Of a stretch of DNA of 64,000 bases, positions 1 to 18,611 are shown piece by piece. Position 1 is the first letter of the stretch. The number at the start of each line of letters is the position of its first letter. Both the position numbers and the translations under genes were made by a program. Source of the stretch: Saccostrea echinata (lineage: Eukaryota); the NCBI RefSeq assembly GCF_033153115.1, contig NW_026889774.1:26102001-26166000 (forward strand), written 5' to 3'. A model generated the notes under the pieces. That model saw only the letters and a list, made by a program, of their open reading frames with translations. It ran no database searches and had not been told where the DNA came from.

Positions 1-569
1 TATCTCCCTTCTGTTTCCGGAGACAAGGGGCAAGAGTTTGGAGGATCAAATTCAGACGGTAGACGTCGAAGTGAAAGAAGAGACTAAGATGGAAAAGTTC
101 ACGAAGTACTGAAGGAATCGTATAGGAATGGATAAGACTTTGATACAAAGTGAATTGAAGTGACGGACATACACAATGGCATATTAAAAGGGAACATTTG
201 AATGTGATGCAAAAAGAAAAATATCCGCTTTACAAATGTATTTGTTTATATGATGGTAATATAAGACTGACAAAACAAATGGTTTTTATTTGCTTGTCTA
301 GCAAAACAATTCAAATATTTCTTTTCTTTTCTTGACATAAAGTGTACCTCCTCGTAAGTTATGTATGATTATCTAGACAAGTCATATCATGTCATTTTAA
401 CTTTGATTGTAATTTTTACAGGTAAGTTCATAATTTACAAAGTAATAACTCTTCTCCCTACAGACAAAACAGTCGTTCCAGGAAAAGACGGAATTTCTCT
501 AGATGATAAAAAAAATTTCTAGCTCAAATACATTCATGAGAAAAATTCGCTCTCTCTCTCTCTCTCTTA

Positions 570-1250
570 AATAAACCGATGACGTTTTATCAACAATATT
601 CATTTTCATTCCTAGGTTGATTCCATATATCCCTTTGAACTGGAAATAAAAGATACCTCAGAGTCTGACACATATGTTTCATATTTGAATATTTTACTAG
701 GAAAAGACGTAAGTGGTAAACTAAAAACAAAACTTTATGATAAACGTGATGACTTCATCTTTTCTATCGTCAACTTCCCTTATTTACTGAGTGTAGCAAT
801 ATACCCTTATCACCAGCATATGGTGTTTATGTCTCCCAGTTGATCTGATACGAGAGGGCATCCTCTACGTACGAACAATTTCTAAAACGAGGCAAGCTTT
901 TGACAAATAAGTTGATGAAACAAGAATATCAACATTCTCATTTGAAGTCAACATTTCACAAATTCTATAGTCGATACAATGACCTTATCAGCAAATACAT
1001 GTACATGTATAATCTATCATTGAATGTTGACTTACCTTTTTTGTACAAATTGATAAGCCATTATTTTCACACTGAATTGTCTACGGATTTTCCGTTTGCC
1101 CAATCATGACTGGGATCGTCACATGACGGTTGCTTACTCCTCCATAGCACCTGATCCCACCTCTGATGTTTTAGAGATCCGTGTTTGCTCGGCTCCAAAT
1201 TTGTTTTGTTTCAATAGATTTTTGAGCTTGATTACTGTTCGTTATCTTCA
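570..1250 (+). mobile_element. Degenerate 3' fragment of a Penelope-like retroelement (RT C-terminal region plus structured 3' tail)
   Basis: Frameshifted remnants read YP.ELEIKDTSES..YVSYLNILL...KLYDKRDDFIFSIVNFPY...SNIPLSPAYGVYVSQLI.YERA. Same family as 57563-58430 and 35740-37110. Tail contains the cacctgatcccacctctg...agatccgtgtttgctc motif. Confidence 0.8.
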
Positions 1251-1525
1251 AATTACATGTAGCATATGCCGCGTAAGCAACAAAAGATTTACTTGCCAAA
1301 ATCATATTCATGAGAAGGTGATACATGTACCACCATTTCACTTTTCCCGAAGCTTAGTTTAGGATACTTCCCAATGTACATTAAGTGTAAGTGAAAATAC
1401 AACAGGATTTGCAAGGGGGGGGGGGGGCTTTCAAATGTACATTAAGGAAAGCTTCTTGTTTGGTTTCTGATTAAATGAAATATTCAAAGTATATTTGCTT
1501 AAATGTGTTTTATATTTAGATGTAA

Positions 1526-2550
1526 GGGCCCTGTCACATCAAGCTACGTCCACACGGAGTTATTACGGCGTTATTAAATTTTTAAAATCGCAGTGGAATC
1601 GCAGGGAAATTGCACATATTTCTGTAAAATTTTCACAATGTGAAGTTGTCACGGCGTCCCTACGGCGACCAACGCGTTCCTACGGCGTTTTCGCGGCGTG
1701 CTACTGCGTTCCCAAGGAGATTTCTTCGCGATTGACTACGGTTCCGCGGAGCTTTCACGGCGTGTTAGCAGTTGTTTCCTCGAGTTCACGGCGTTTTCAC
1801 TGCGTTGACTGCGTTTACAATACGTTCACAATGCGTTCTTCAACCATGGATATGTATTAAGAAGTAGTGTAACACATTTTTTTAAAGATTCAAGTTAAAT
1901 GATGCAACAAATACGTTAGAATTATTGCTGATCAAATATAAGGCCATTGCTCTAGTTTTGTGAGCTGGCTGACAACGCTCTAAAAACGCCGTGAAAGCGC
2001 ATCGTGATCGCTAACAGACGCGATAGAAACGACAATTTTTAAGGGAGCGCAGTGATCGCAGTGACAACTCCTTGTTGTCGCGGTGTAATCGCAGTCAGAA
2101 AAAAATCACAAGACGATTAATCTCATTAGAAGCGTCGTTAAAACCGCGATTGAAACGCAGTGACATCTCCAAGGACTCCGCGAGATCTCCTTGGAAGCGC
2201 AGTCTACTATCACTGAGTTCAAGCTGCGATCATGTGCGTCTTCAAGGCGTGCATACGGAGCTCCCACTGCGTTGTTGGAGATCTCACCGCGCTGTTACGG
2301 CGATCATACTACGTTTTTACTGCGTTCTTATCAGACCGCGATCACACGGCGCGTACTTTGTGCATACCCAAAGTGCGCGCCGTCCCCTGGCGTTCTAGGA
2401 GACCCTACGCGACCCTACCGTGTTCAGTGGAGATCTTGCCGCGTTGTCACGGCGCTGTAGGAGACTCTACTGCGCTCACCTTGGCGTTTTGCATTTTTTA
2501 TGGACGCCGTGCGATCGCTGTGAGGACGCAGTCCCGGTGTGACAGGGGTT
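1526..2550. mobile_element. GC-rich non-autonomous DNA transposon (PIF/Harbinger-like MITE)
   Basis: Imperfect TIRs ggccctgtcaca / tgtgacaggggt, with TAA on both flanks (1523-1525, 2551-2553). Interior is far more GC/CpG-rich than the flanks. No transposase ORF. Confidence 0.65.
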
Positions 2551-2621
2551 TAAGGGATTTAAAAGATCATATTTTTCTTTTCTCCTTACAATTTTACAAC
2601 TTTAAATAGAAATGGTAACTG

Positions 2622-2752
2622 NNNNNNNNNNNNNNNNNNNNNNNNNNNNNNNNNNNNNNNNNNNNNNNNNNNNNNNNNNNNNNNNNNNNNNNNNNNNNNN
2701 NNNNNNNNNNNNNNNNNNNNNNNNNNNNNNNNNNNNNNNNNNNNNNNNNNNN
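2622..2752. other. Assembly gap (N run)
   Basis: Run of n characters. Confidence 1.
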
Positions 2753-4054
2753 ATGAAAATATTTACTTTTTCTGCCTCAAATTTGCTACAGAATTAAAAA
2801 TATTAGTTTCTAATTGGAAACATTCTACAATTAAAGACTTGAAGGAATTTTCTGAAGTAAATGAAATAAGTTATTATGAACCGGCTTAAGTTTTAAATTA
2901 TAAATTATATCAAATATAAATATTATTTTCCAAACTAACTACAACCTTGTTAGCTTTTGATAGTTTTCAGTCTAAAAACAGATTTGAGCAAAAAATCAGA
3001 AAAAGTGTCATTCTCTCTTATCAAACAAACAAAACTATTTTTTATTTTGTATCTTTATATGCCCACTTCACCAAATGTAAAAATAAGAAAAATTTGAATA
3101 TACAAAGCACATAAAATTACTAATATTCACTAAAATTTGGAGAAAACAGAGGAAATTAGGGTTAGCGGTGTCTGTTTTCATTACATTATTTATCTCATTT
3201 TGGTTGAATCATCTGATAGATTCTATGTAATATCAACTTTTTATGCAAAAAGAAATAATGACCTTGACCTGGCCTTGCTCCTAAAATAAGATGGTCAAAA
3301 TAAATTTAACTGGTACCACCACTTAGTGATATTGGTTTCTCGAATCTATGAAAATTTCATTGATTTTTAAATACAATATATGAGAAGAATTCATCCTTAA
3401 ATATAACTGAAAATTGGACCCGGCTTGCGTGGAGGGTCGTAGGGGTGAGTCTGCTCATACAGTTCTTAGGCATTTCATTTTCAACATCAAGATATTAATT
3501 CAGCATCCTCTAAATCGCTTATCAAACATTATAAATGGCATATTAAACAACGAATAATTCAAATGCACCGATCTACCTGGATAAAGATATCAGTTAGATG
3601 CGATTGCACTTGAATTAGGGTTATCTGAAATCCCCCTCCTGTGTGTATAGACACTGAATAAGATTTATCAATATTACGGAAAAAGCCTGTCTAATTTCAG
3701 GGCAACACAAAAGTACAAATAACACCGAATTAAAGTATAGTTAAAGAACTCCAGGGATTGGTTTTATTAGAGAAGTTTTTACATGTGAGGACAAAGAATT
3801 TATGTAGGTTTTCTTTTACAATTGCAATTTCAGTTACTTATTCAAAAACAACGATCAGAAACAAAAGTTTTTTTTTTAAAGATGTTTAAATTGTACTTTG
3901 TGGGGGAAAAATGATATTATACGTGAATATGAAGTTGAATAAATTCATAGCAATATCAAACTATAACTGTGTTTAAACATTAGGACTTTCTCTCAAATAC
4001 GATTCATACACACACACAAATAATAAGTAAACGTTTCATTTATTTTATTTTTCT

Positions 4055-4404
4055 ATATTTACATTTCCAAATATTGTTCCTTTAAAAGATTCTTTGCAAA
4101 TTAGAAGACTGTTCATTTTCTCATGAACGGCCATGGATGAGCATGAATATCTCCATTGTTACGTCATAATACCGTACTTGACGTCAAAACTATAGTGCAA
4201 ACGTTTTCCTTTAAAAATGATAGTTGAATGGCATCTTGAATATTTGTGGTAACTCATCAGAAAATAATGTAAATATAAGAAATGAATTTAATTTTTGAAA
4301 ATTCACGAGGTACATGAACTACAACGCGCTTCATGAAATATGCCGGCGTGAAGCGTCGTAGTTCATATCCTCATGAATCTTCAAAAATTAAATGCATTTC
4401 TTAA
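4055..4404 (-). mobile_element. Palindromic non-autonomous element (Crypton/tyrosine-recombinase-like architecture)
   Basis: Imperfect palindrome 4276-4403 (taagaaatgaatttaatttttgaa...ttcaaaaattaaatgcatttctta). Terminus catttcttaa at 4395-4404. The other putative terminus atatttacatt (4055-4065) is the reverse complement of 4266-4276. Confidence 0.6.
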
Positions 4405-4496
4405 TTAAACACTAATCAAATGATAAACAACAGGGGGGGGGGGGGGGTTCCTGCCGATTTGTGCAGTACATACATTTCATCTGATGATATTGCATA

Positions 4497-4778
4497 TATA
4501 GAGCCTGGATTTCAGGATGGTGTATTTTGTGCATTGTGTGTTTTTCTATATATGTCTAAATAAACTGATTATAGTAATAATCGAAAATCGCTGAAATTCG
4601 TATTTCAATGTATATAATTATAATAATAAAAGAAACTTTTTAATGTACATTGGAAATATGATTTTTTTTTTTTAAATCGCGAATTTCAGCGATTTTCGAT
4701 TTTTATTAATTATTATAAGTTATTTAAACACACAATTCATTGTATACTGAATACACTGTCCTGAAGCCGAGCCCCTAT
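4497..4778. mobile_element. Fold-back MITE (long imperfect inverted repeat)
   Basis: aatcgaaaatcgctgaaattcg (4579-4600) versus cgaatttcagcgattttcgatt (4679-4700); outer arms ttcagga / tcctgaa. Confidence 0.55.
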
Positions 4779-5270
4779 GGGTATTTGTCCAATTCGGAGT
4801 AAACAACAAAATATTACGCCCGTAAACGATATAGCTTGTACGTACTATTGCTTTTGATAACATGCACTAATAAGTACTTTATTAAATGTATGAAACATAC
4901 AAGGAACGCACAATGTATAAAGTCCATTGCTCTACCTTTATTACGGATGTTATAACTATTACTAATGGGGTCCATCCAAAGTCCCATCAATCAAATTAAT
5001 CAGAAATTATTGCGCCTCGTGATACACGGCCAAAGGAAAATGAACAAATATTTATAAATTTTAATTTTATTCATAATAAGGAGGACAGGTACTCTGCTTA
5101 TTTACACGTATATCCTATTTACCAGTCTATGGATCCCATCTGCTCTAAACCGACAAATTCACATTGTGTAAACTAAAATTTAATATTATAATACATTCAA
5201 CAATCTATACTTTTTATAACCCGATGTAATGTATAATCTAGATTTTGCCTATAATTCATAGAAAATTGAT

Positions 5271-5400
5271 TATTCCATAATCCGATTAAGCTATGAATCG
5301 AGATATTCCACAATCCAGACATTACTATGAACCGATATACATGTATTCCACAATCCAGATTTTACTATGAACCGATATATTCCACAATCCAGATTTTACT
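5271..5400. repeat. ~35-42 bp tandem repeat (3-4 copies) duplicating the stop-codon end of the TRIM-like gene
   Basis: Unit tattccacaatccagattttactatgaaccgata repeats. The rightmost copy is the coding KIWIVEY end on the minus strand. Confidence 0.85.
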
Positions 5401-8152
5401 CGACAATGTTCCCACCCAAAGGTTCTTTTTCTCGTCCACATCGAGGCCCCAGGGTGAGTAGAGGCCGTCCTCTACCGTGAGTATGTACTGCAGGAAGAAA
5501 CCATCTTTATCAACGAGATGAATCCGGAAATGACTATTATCGCCGATCAGAATGTTTCCAAAGGAATCGTAAGTGACGTAAAATGGCGAAAAGGTGTCGC
5601 CCTCCAACCCACGGTAAATGAATCGAAGACATCCGGATTTATCCACCACAATGACACTATTTTCTGCAGAATCCGACACACAGATTTAAGAAATGAATGT
5701 AATATTTTTTCTTTGACCGAAGTATCAAACAAAAATTTGGACGGAAAACGTCATCAATGCGCGTAGCGCATTGATGAAAACGTTTTCCGTCCAAATTTTT
5801 GTTTGATACTTCGGTCAAAGAAAAAAATATTACTTTCATTTCTTATCATTTAATTATGATTTAAAAATAATAAAATGAAACTTTCTCTCACTTTAATATT
5901 TAATTTAAGCATCGAAGACGGTGCGTAGGAATACATCATAACAACGTTGCTGAAATTCAAAATGGCTGAATGTACAGATCTACGCGCATTGGATTGATGA
6001 AATTTTACGTCCAAGCTTTCTATGATACATCGACCAAAGAAAAAATTATGAGATTTATTTCTTATCATTTGATATTTATCTTTCAATGATGAGATTTAAC
6101 CTTAGAACGATCGAATGACTGTCCAACATATAGGCCTAGCTTAGTTGCCTAAATTTTCAGACACAGAGTATTACGAACAAACAACATGTTCAAATATTGT
6201 TGTGTCATTACTAACTTTTTCTATCAAAAACAGTTTTAACACAAAAACTTACCTGTTGTGTTATTAATTTTTGCTATGTTCCTCCAGTAAGCTGATATCT
6301 TTAGATTCGTAAATGTAAAGGGAAGCTACTCAAATAAAGTTCACAGAAATTTTCGGTTTCATATGCGCATCTCTTCATCTGAATTTCAAATCGAACATAT
6401 ATATACGTATCACAAAATATCCATGCATAATACAACACGCTTCAAAATCTGGAAGAGTCTGTCGCCGACTGTTTAACTTTGAAAGAATACCCGTCCTCGC
6501 TCAGCGTCGTTTTTCTCATGCATTCGTTTCCTAAGAATTAACAGATTAACGGCATTTCCCCGCTTTGGTAGCATAAAAACATTTCTTCACAGTTCTATTG
6601 TTCATACCAGTTATCTCAAAGAAAAACATTTAACATATGTATGATGATTTCTTTCCTTTTTTCACGCAACTGCATTGTTGTCATTTGCAGACGATCTGAT
6701 TTGTTTAGCAAAGGGGGATAATTCGAAAAGAAACGAAAGTAGAAAATAACTCGGGAACGTAACGGACAAATTTTGAAATTCAGGAAAATAGAGTAAAATC
6801 ATTTTCTTTCACAAAGTAATATGGAAGCTGAAATATACATGTCAAGTTAGCCAAAGTAGTTCCGGCTGTCAAGTGCAAGTGAACTCCAGATTCTATTGAT
6901 GCAGTTATCAAAAGAATTTTTTATCCAATCAGAATCAATTATTTTATAGAAATTAAATGATATCACCGTTACGTGAGCTCTCAGACACTTTTGTCGGGCT
7001 TCGATATAGGGGTTTTCCACTGGCATCGAATTGAATTTTTTGCAAAGTTTTTCCACAGCTATTCAAGCGAAGAATTTTTCCTTCATCCCTTTTCGCCAAG
7101 CATATGAGGATTTCGCTTTCACTCGTTCTGCATATTCCCTGAGAATAAAATGGTGCAGCGTTAAAAAAGTCCGATATTTCACCATTGTTTATTGCTTTGA
7201 TTAATTGTCCATTAGAGAGAAGAAGTGTGTCGTTGAGTATTGCAAGATTATACGGGTAGAAATCTAAAAATACTTCATCCAGCACTTCCCCTTTAGCGTC
7301 TACTAGCCTTACCGATTGTGCACCTGTGCCAACCCATGCGTGACCGTTTGGTAGTGTTCGAATGCAGTATGCTGCATCGTTATTCGCAAGCGTCAAGTGT
7401 GTGACGTGACCAATGACTACTTTGACGTGACTGGAAGTATGTTGCGCATTCTGAAAATGTTCCTCTTTCTCTTGATAAATTGTTGAATTCTCCTGCTGCA
7501 AGTACCCGTAAAGTTTCTCTATAGCACTTCTATTAATAGAATCACTTGATACGAAGGTCGGGGGACAAATTGGCTTAAATGACTTGGAACATTGTGTACT
7601 GGTTAACTTAGAGATGGCTTTTTGGGCAAATATTATGAAAACTTCATCTTGTTCACTTTTGATCTCTAAATCAGAGGCAGTCAGTAGAGCAGCGGTGCAT
7701 TCCAGTTCCGCTCTAACAGCTGTGGCAGATGTCTCTAGTGACCTCGTATCCGCATCCTCACGTTCACTTAAATCGTTTAAAATGGCTTCACATGTTAAAT
7801 CTAGTTGTGATTTTAAATGTTTTGTTCTATCCGTAATTTCTAGTCTTAAATAAGCACCGTGTTTCATATATTCTTCTCGATTTATTCGGATCTCATCAGA
7901 TATTTTCCTCAGATTGGGTAATGTTGTCTTTCGAGCAAAATTAACCCTCTGCACAAGCTGAATTCGGAGTTCATCGGCTATTTTCTTCAGATCTGCCTGC
8001 TCATGGCCGCAATGTTTCTCCTTCCAACATATTTTACAAGTGAGTATTTCACAGTCACGACAGAACATACTCGGTTTCTGATCTTTGTGTTGCAAGCACA
8101 AAGCCTCGTTTTCGATCTCTTTTGATAGAGAGACCCCGTGATCGCTATACAT
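5365..8152 (-). CDS. RING-less TRIM-like protein (B-box2, coiled coil, NHL beta-propeller); about 503 aa when reconstructed; interrupted by an insertion
   Basis: First ATG at 8152 (MYSDHG); the ORF-track start at 8191 is a GTG just after a stop. B-box CLQH-x8-CRDC-x4-CKIC-x4-HCGH, then coiled coil and NHL repeats. Segment 8152-6959 ends ...RNGDI and segment 5682-5365 resumes CVSDSAENSVIVVD...GNILIGD...PWGLDVD, restoring the typical NHL motif NGDICVSD. The intervening sequence has no GT/AG ends, so this may be a disrupted allele. Confidence 0.8.
5686..6961 (+). mobile_element. ~1.27-kb non-autonomous insertion inside the TRIM-like CDS (Crypton/tyrosine-recombinase-like)
   Basis: Starts ttaagaaatg. 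Near-perfect ~160-bp palindrome 5687-5845 centred on gcgc-gta-gcgc, with a third diverged arm at ~5990-6070. Ends aattaaatgat. GAT is present at both junctions (5683-5685, 6959-6961). Confidence 0.75.
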
Positions 8153-9674
8153 GGTTTTCTCTAGATCTTTTATGTTATATATACTGTCCACAGACTATCT
8201 CTCGGGAGCTCTCACAATTTCCAAAATTATTACAAGGAGTCTCAAAGAGGTATTACTCTCTGGTATCCTATGGGGAAGACATTTTATAGCGTCTCAGTAG
8301 GTCACAAACACCAATGAATGACGGAGAAAACTTTCACTTGATGTGGACAGATCTACAATGCTTAATTATCCATTAAAAGAAATCTCTGATTTCGCCTAAC
8401 CACCTTTTACATCCCTCCAGCTTGAGATGTCTCCGTCTGTGTGTGTCGCTGTCCGACAAGTTTCCGTGTTATCTTTGTAGACTATATACAGATAAACAAG
8501 AGACAAAGTCGAGCATTGATAATGAAGTTGTTATTCATCAGTTTTAGATTTGTTATCTCTTCTTTATAAAATAAATTGCAGCGTACAACTCTAGTGTGAT
8601 GTTTAATTAAAAAGAACTATATGCGAGTTTAGAAATTGGCATTTCATTATTCCGTCCGAAGGGAAATTCAGTTGGGCATGCGCAGTTGATGTCGGCATTT
8701 GTAGAATCAATAAATAATCAATAAAACTCATCCTTGGATCAGCTGAAAAAGAAGAAATAAGAAATTTATTTTCTGCTATGTTTCATCCTTTCTATTTTTA
8801 GAAAATTGTTATATACTGTGTACTTCCCCCATCGTGTCTTTAACATGTTTAAATTAAAAACAGACGTATATATATTTGCGAGCATCTAGTGTACCCTCAC
8901 TAATTAAATAACAAATAAAAAATCTTCCTATTATAATTTTAAAAAATAGCATATTTATATATGTATACATGTACTGCACTTTTTACATGAATAAAAAGTT
9001 GACACCAACCCGCAGGGATTGTAATCAAAATTTCTGAAGTGTGTTGGCTGATAAATTCAAAAAGATGGTTAATTTATAGCGTAGGTTTTTTTTTCTATCT
9101 GGGGGATAAATTAAAATAATATTTGCCAGAGACGAATTAAATTTAAAACCATCGTGGGTAATTGTAACAAGAAAAATCTTTTCCGCTGGGAAAGATATTA
9201 GTAGTCAAGATTTTTCTTTGAAATTGCCAGAGTTTATCGTCAATTTCTCGGCTGGATACGGGATCAAGATCCAATAACTGCTTATTGATTCCTGGTTAAA
9301 GTCCGAATAATCTCTTTTTCTAATACAAAACAGAATCGTGTTTAAATTTGCTATTGGAGGGGGATTGTTAAGTCAAGATAATCTGTCTTGATGGTCGTAT
9401 TTGCGAACTTATGAAATCCGAGCTATAAAAGTATACTTTACAAAAGTTAAGACTGTTTTATGATTGAAGTGCTGCGTTTTTGTGGATTTTTGTTGAAAGA
9501 AAGAGGTGTACATGTATGCAAATATTGAAGTTAGCGGATTCGAAATGAATGCTCTTATTCCTCTTTCGGAACTAACTTTAATAAGCGAACCCTCCATAGA
9601 AATTCTGTTGTTAGTCAGTCTGTTGTAACGTTGTTAAATATATCCTTGCAATTAGTGAAAAGAAATTCATGTGT

Positions 9675-9712
<38 letters not shown>

Positions 9713-9987
9713 AGACGTTCTAATCCATTCACTCCCTTGTCCCCAAGGACAAAAGCTTAGAGGTGAAATGTTTAAAAAAGTAACTTGCTCTGAACAATTC
9801 CAAAACTTCTTCCTTGTACCAGATCAGTATGAAAGCACCCTAATGTGCTACGTTATTTTTTTCATAGCTTCAAGTAATTAAAATGTGATGAGGTATTATT
9901 ATATATAGGTTTGAAATACTGTGACTCTACAGTGTATATATATCATTTCCTGAATGCTTACAATGTACGTATGGAATGCACTTTTAC

Positions 9988-10011
9988 TGAGAGAGAGAGA
10001 GAGAGAATCTT

Positions 10012-10042
<31 letters not shown>
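9988..10042. repeat. Interrupted (GA)n microsatellite
   Basis: Two gagaga tracts. Confidence 0.9.
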
Positions 10043-10043
<1 letters not shown>

Positions 10044-11483
10044 TTTTGATTTTCAACGATATACATACCTTATTATGTGATTACATGTAGATGTCTGTAA
10101 ATTATTCGAAAAATTTTGTATATATATATAGTTAAGATACAGGAAATGACAATGTATTTCTCACAAAAAAATACATGTATACAAAACTTAAAATTCTGTT
10201 TCCGCGTAACAGACTCGACATCGTTTTTTTTTTAATTTGACCTTAGAACCTGCTATTAGTACAGTTGTCCTTAGAGTTCAAATGACGTCGACTCTCTCTC
10301 TCTCTCTCAAATTTGTCTGTAATCTACTAAAGATTGTTTATATCTTAATAAATACGATTTTAAGCTATTGTTATAGAATAAGAAGTTTCCAAATAATAAA
10401 GCAAACACAATAAAAATAAATTTGTATTTGATCTAAAGGTGATGATCTCAAAATCAAAATACTAAGAAATATTGTGCTTACCTTTGCCGATGACTGGCCG
10501 CTGGTCCCGTCTTTTCTCACTTTTAGGAATTCTCTAATCTTGCTGGGGAAAATCCTTATCCCCCACAATTTATCAATTGTCAAAAAATGAAAACGCAGAA
10601 AGGGCTTAGTAAAAAAAAAAAAAAAAACGCATGTCTCTGCAGTGGACTAACATTTATCTTATAATTTATAAAATCAATATCAGGACGGGTCTTCATTTGT
10701 CAAATTAATGCTTATTTAACGTATAAATATTGACAAATCGTTTTCCAACACAAAGGAGGGTATAAAACTTTGCTACACTACGCAGTAAGTGGGATATTTG
10801 AAAGGAACTTTAACCGCGGAATCATGAAAACAAACAAGTATTTCATCGGTTTTATTTACGCTAGAATTGTTAAATTACCGTTTTGCTTGCTCATGTACAC
10901 TTTGGAGTTTGATAGCCTAATCGTTTGACATTAATATCTTACTTATCAAAAACGAGTGTTTGTGCGATGCACCATGGGTGGATCCAGCAAGTGGTGTAAG
11001 GATCTACCAGGGGCCTTTGTACTAATCTGCTACTAATCATGTATAGATTTTTTATGCATAAAATGAAGCGAATTTGAACTTAAATTGAGATTTGTAAATG
11101 ACCTAAATTTCCGAGAGGTGTGTCAGACTCGAGGTCAGATATCAAAGGTCAAGGTCACGAAGTATTATGATACAAAATTTGACATAACCATCGTGACATT
11201 AAAGAATAGAAATAAAGTTTGTTATTGAAATCAATACAAATAGAATTTACGTACCAAACAAACTGAAACATTTATTTATAAAATGTAAATGTTGTATTGT
11301 ACAATACAACAAACATTATACAATATTGATAACGAAATATAAAATACAAATAGAAATCATAGAATACTAATAGAAAATATGTATAATATAAAAATAAAAA
11401 ATGAATGTGGTATTAAATTGAAATATACAATACATGGAAAATTATACAGTGTACAAATGAAATTTCACAGATTCTCTGAAATT

Positions 11484-11705
11484 GTTAGGCCATTATTTTT
11501 TCCTGAATTGTTTACGGATTTTTCCGTTTGCCCGCTCATGACAAGCAGTACACGGCGGATGTGATCGGTCGACAGTAGATGCTTATTAGTCCATGACACC
11601 TGATCCCATGTACCTCTGATGTTTTTAGAGGTCTGTGTTTGCTCTGCTCCCAATTTGTATTGTTCCAATGGACTTTTGAGCTTGATTACTGTCCATGACA
11701 GTATT
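11484..11705 (+). mobile_element. Penelope-like element 3' tail (short copy)
   Basis: ttaggccattatt...ctgaattg..tacggattttccgtttgcc...cacctgatccc...ttagaggtctgtgtttgctctgctcc, matching the other copies. Confidence 0.8.
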
Positions 11706-11827
11706 TCACACAATACATATAAAAATACACAATACGAATGGAAAATTAGAATACAAATGAAATTATACAATACAAATGGAAAGGATCGAATATTGCTACG
11801 TTTGACATGTCATACAACATCAAAAAT

Positions 11828-12379
11828 TTAAAGAGGCTGGGACACAGATTTGAAGCCCATATTTTCTAAAATTTTCTAAACAATGTCATGACTTATATAT
11901 TGTCAGAGCATTTTACACCGAAATATATCAAAAGCAAGTTAATTTAGAAACTTCTTTTATCTGGAAATTATTAAACTACGCATTTCGGGACGCGTTTGAT
12001 TGACACAAAGTTAACTTTATCCAAAATGCTAAATAAAAGTAGAAATTCTGTTGCGTATTAATAAACTGTAATCAGAAAGTTCTGAGAAGATATGCGAGAA
12101 AGCGAAATCAACTCTCCAATATTGTCAGTCCGTGCTCAGTGATATGTACAGACTAAACAAATTGAACACACCCGGTAAAACGTAAACACTAACAATAACA
12201 GAGCTCGTGCCCTGTTTACAAACACAGGTGTTTGACGTGATGTTATGAAGAATGTCGTTGTCATTGAATTCTTAGAATATTCGTACAAGTTCAAATCATT
12301 AAACTGAAGTAAATTTTTTTAAAATAAAAATAGACATTTTAAAGTTGTAAACAATGCAACTGTGTCCAGGCCCCTTTAA
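11828..12379. mobile_element. TTAA-flanked MITE (Kolobok-like), ending ~150 bp upstream of the COPS6 ATG
   Basis: ttaa-agaggctgggacacag ... ctgtgtccaggcccct-ttaa: TIRs with AG..CT ends and a TTAA target duplication. Confidence 0.7.
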
Positions 12380-12532
12380 CGAGAAAAGCTATTAGAGATC
12401 GGGATCGAAGTAACAAAAATACAGAACACTGGAAAACAACGAAAAAAGAGAAATACTGTTAATACTCGTTAAAAATAGGCTGTGATTGAGTGATTGACTG
12501 AATAGGGAGCATTTGCCATATTCTGCTAAGAA

Positions 12533-18462
<5,930 letters not shown>

Positions 18463-18605
18463 GGGCTGAGAACTAATTAAATTCATTGATTGGGAACCAG
18501 TCTCTCCAGCTGTGATTTTTAATATGCTTCAGATTCATTACAGGAATCTGTGTGTAGTGCTCCGAGGACTGAATGTGGGATGTATGTTGTTGAAAATGAG
18601 TCGAC

Positions 18606-18611
18606 AATAAA
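18606..18611 (+). promoter_or_regulatory. Probable COPS6 polyadenylation signal
   Basis: AATAAA about 145 nt after the stop, followed by a T-rich tract. Also retained in the duplicate at ~37999. Confidence 0.6.

Noticed and set aside
1495-2609. Cluster of 89-125 aa ORFs
   Set aside because: Stop-poor GC-rich MITE interior with no recognisable domain.
5686-6958. U12-type or other non-canonical intron in the TRIM-like gene
   Set aside because: The ends match neither AT-AC nor the U12 donor consensus, and the internal palindrome and terminal structure indicate a mobile element.
8153-8191. N-terminal extensions of the TRIM-like ORFs (GTG at 8191; TTG at 30141)
   Set aside because: Non-ATG starts from the ORF caller; the first ATGs are at 8152 and 30192. 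No RING exon was recognised upstream of either, though a distant one cannot be excluded.
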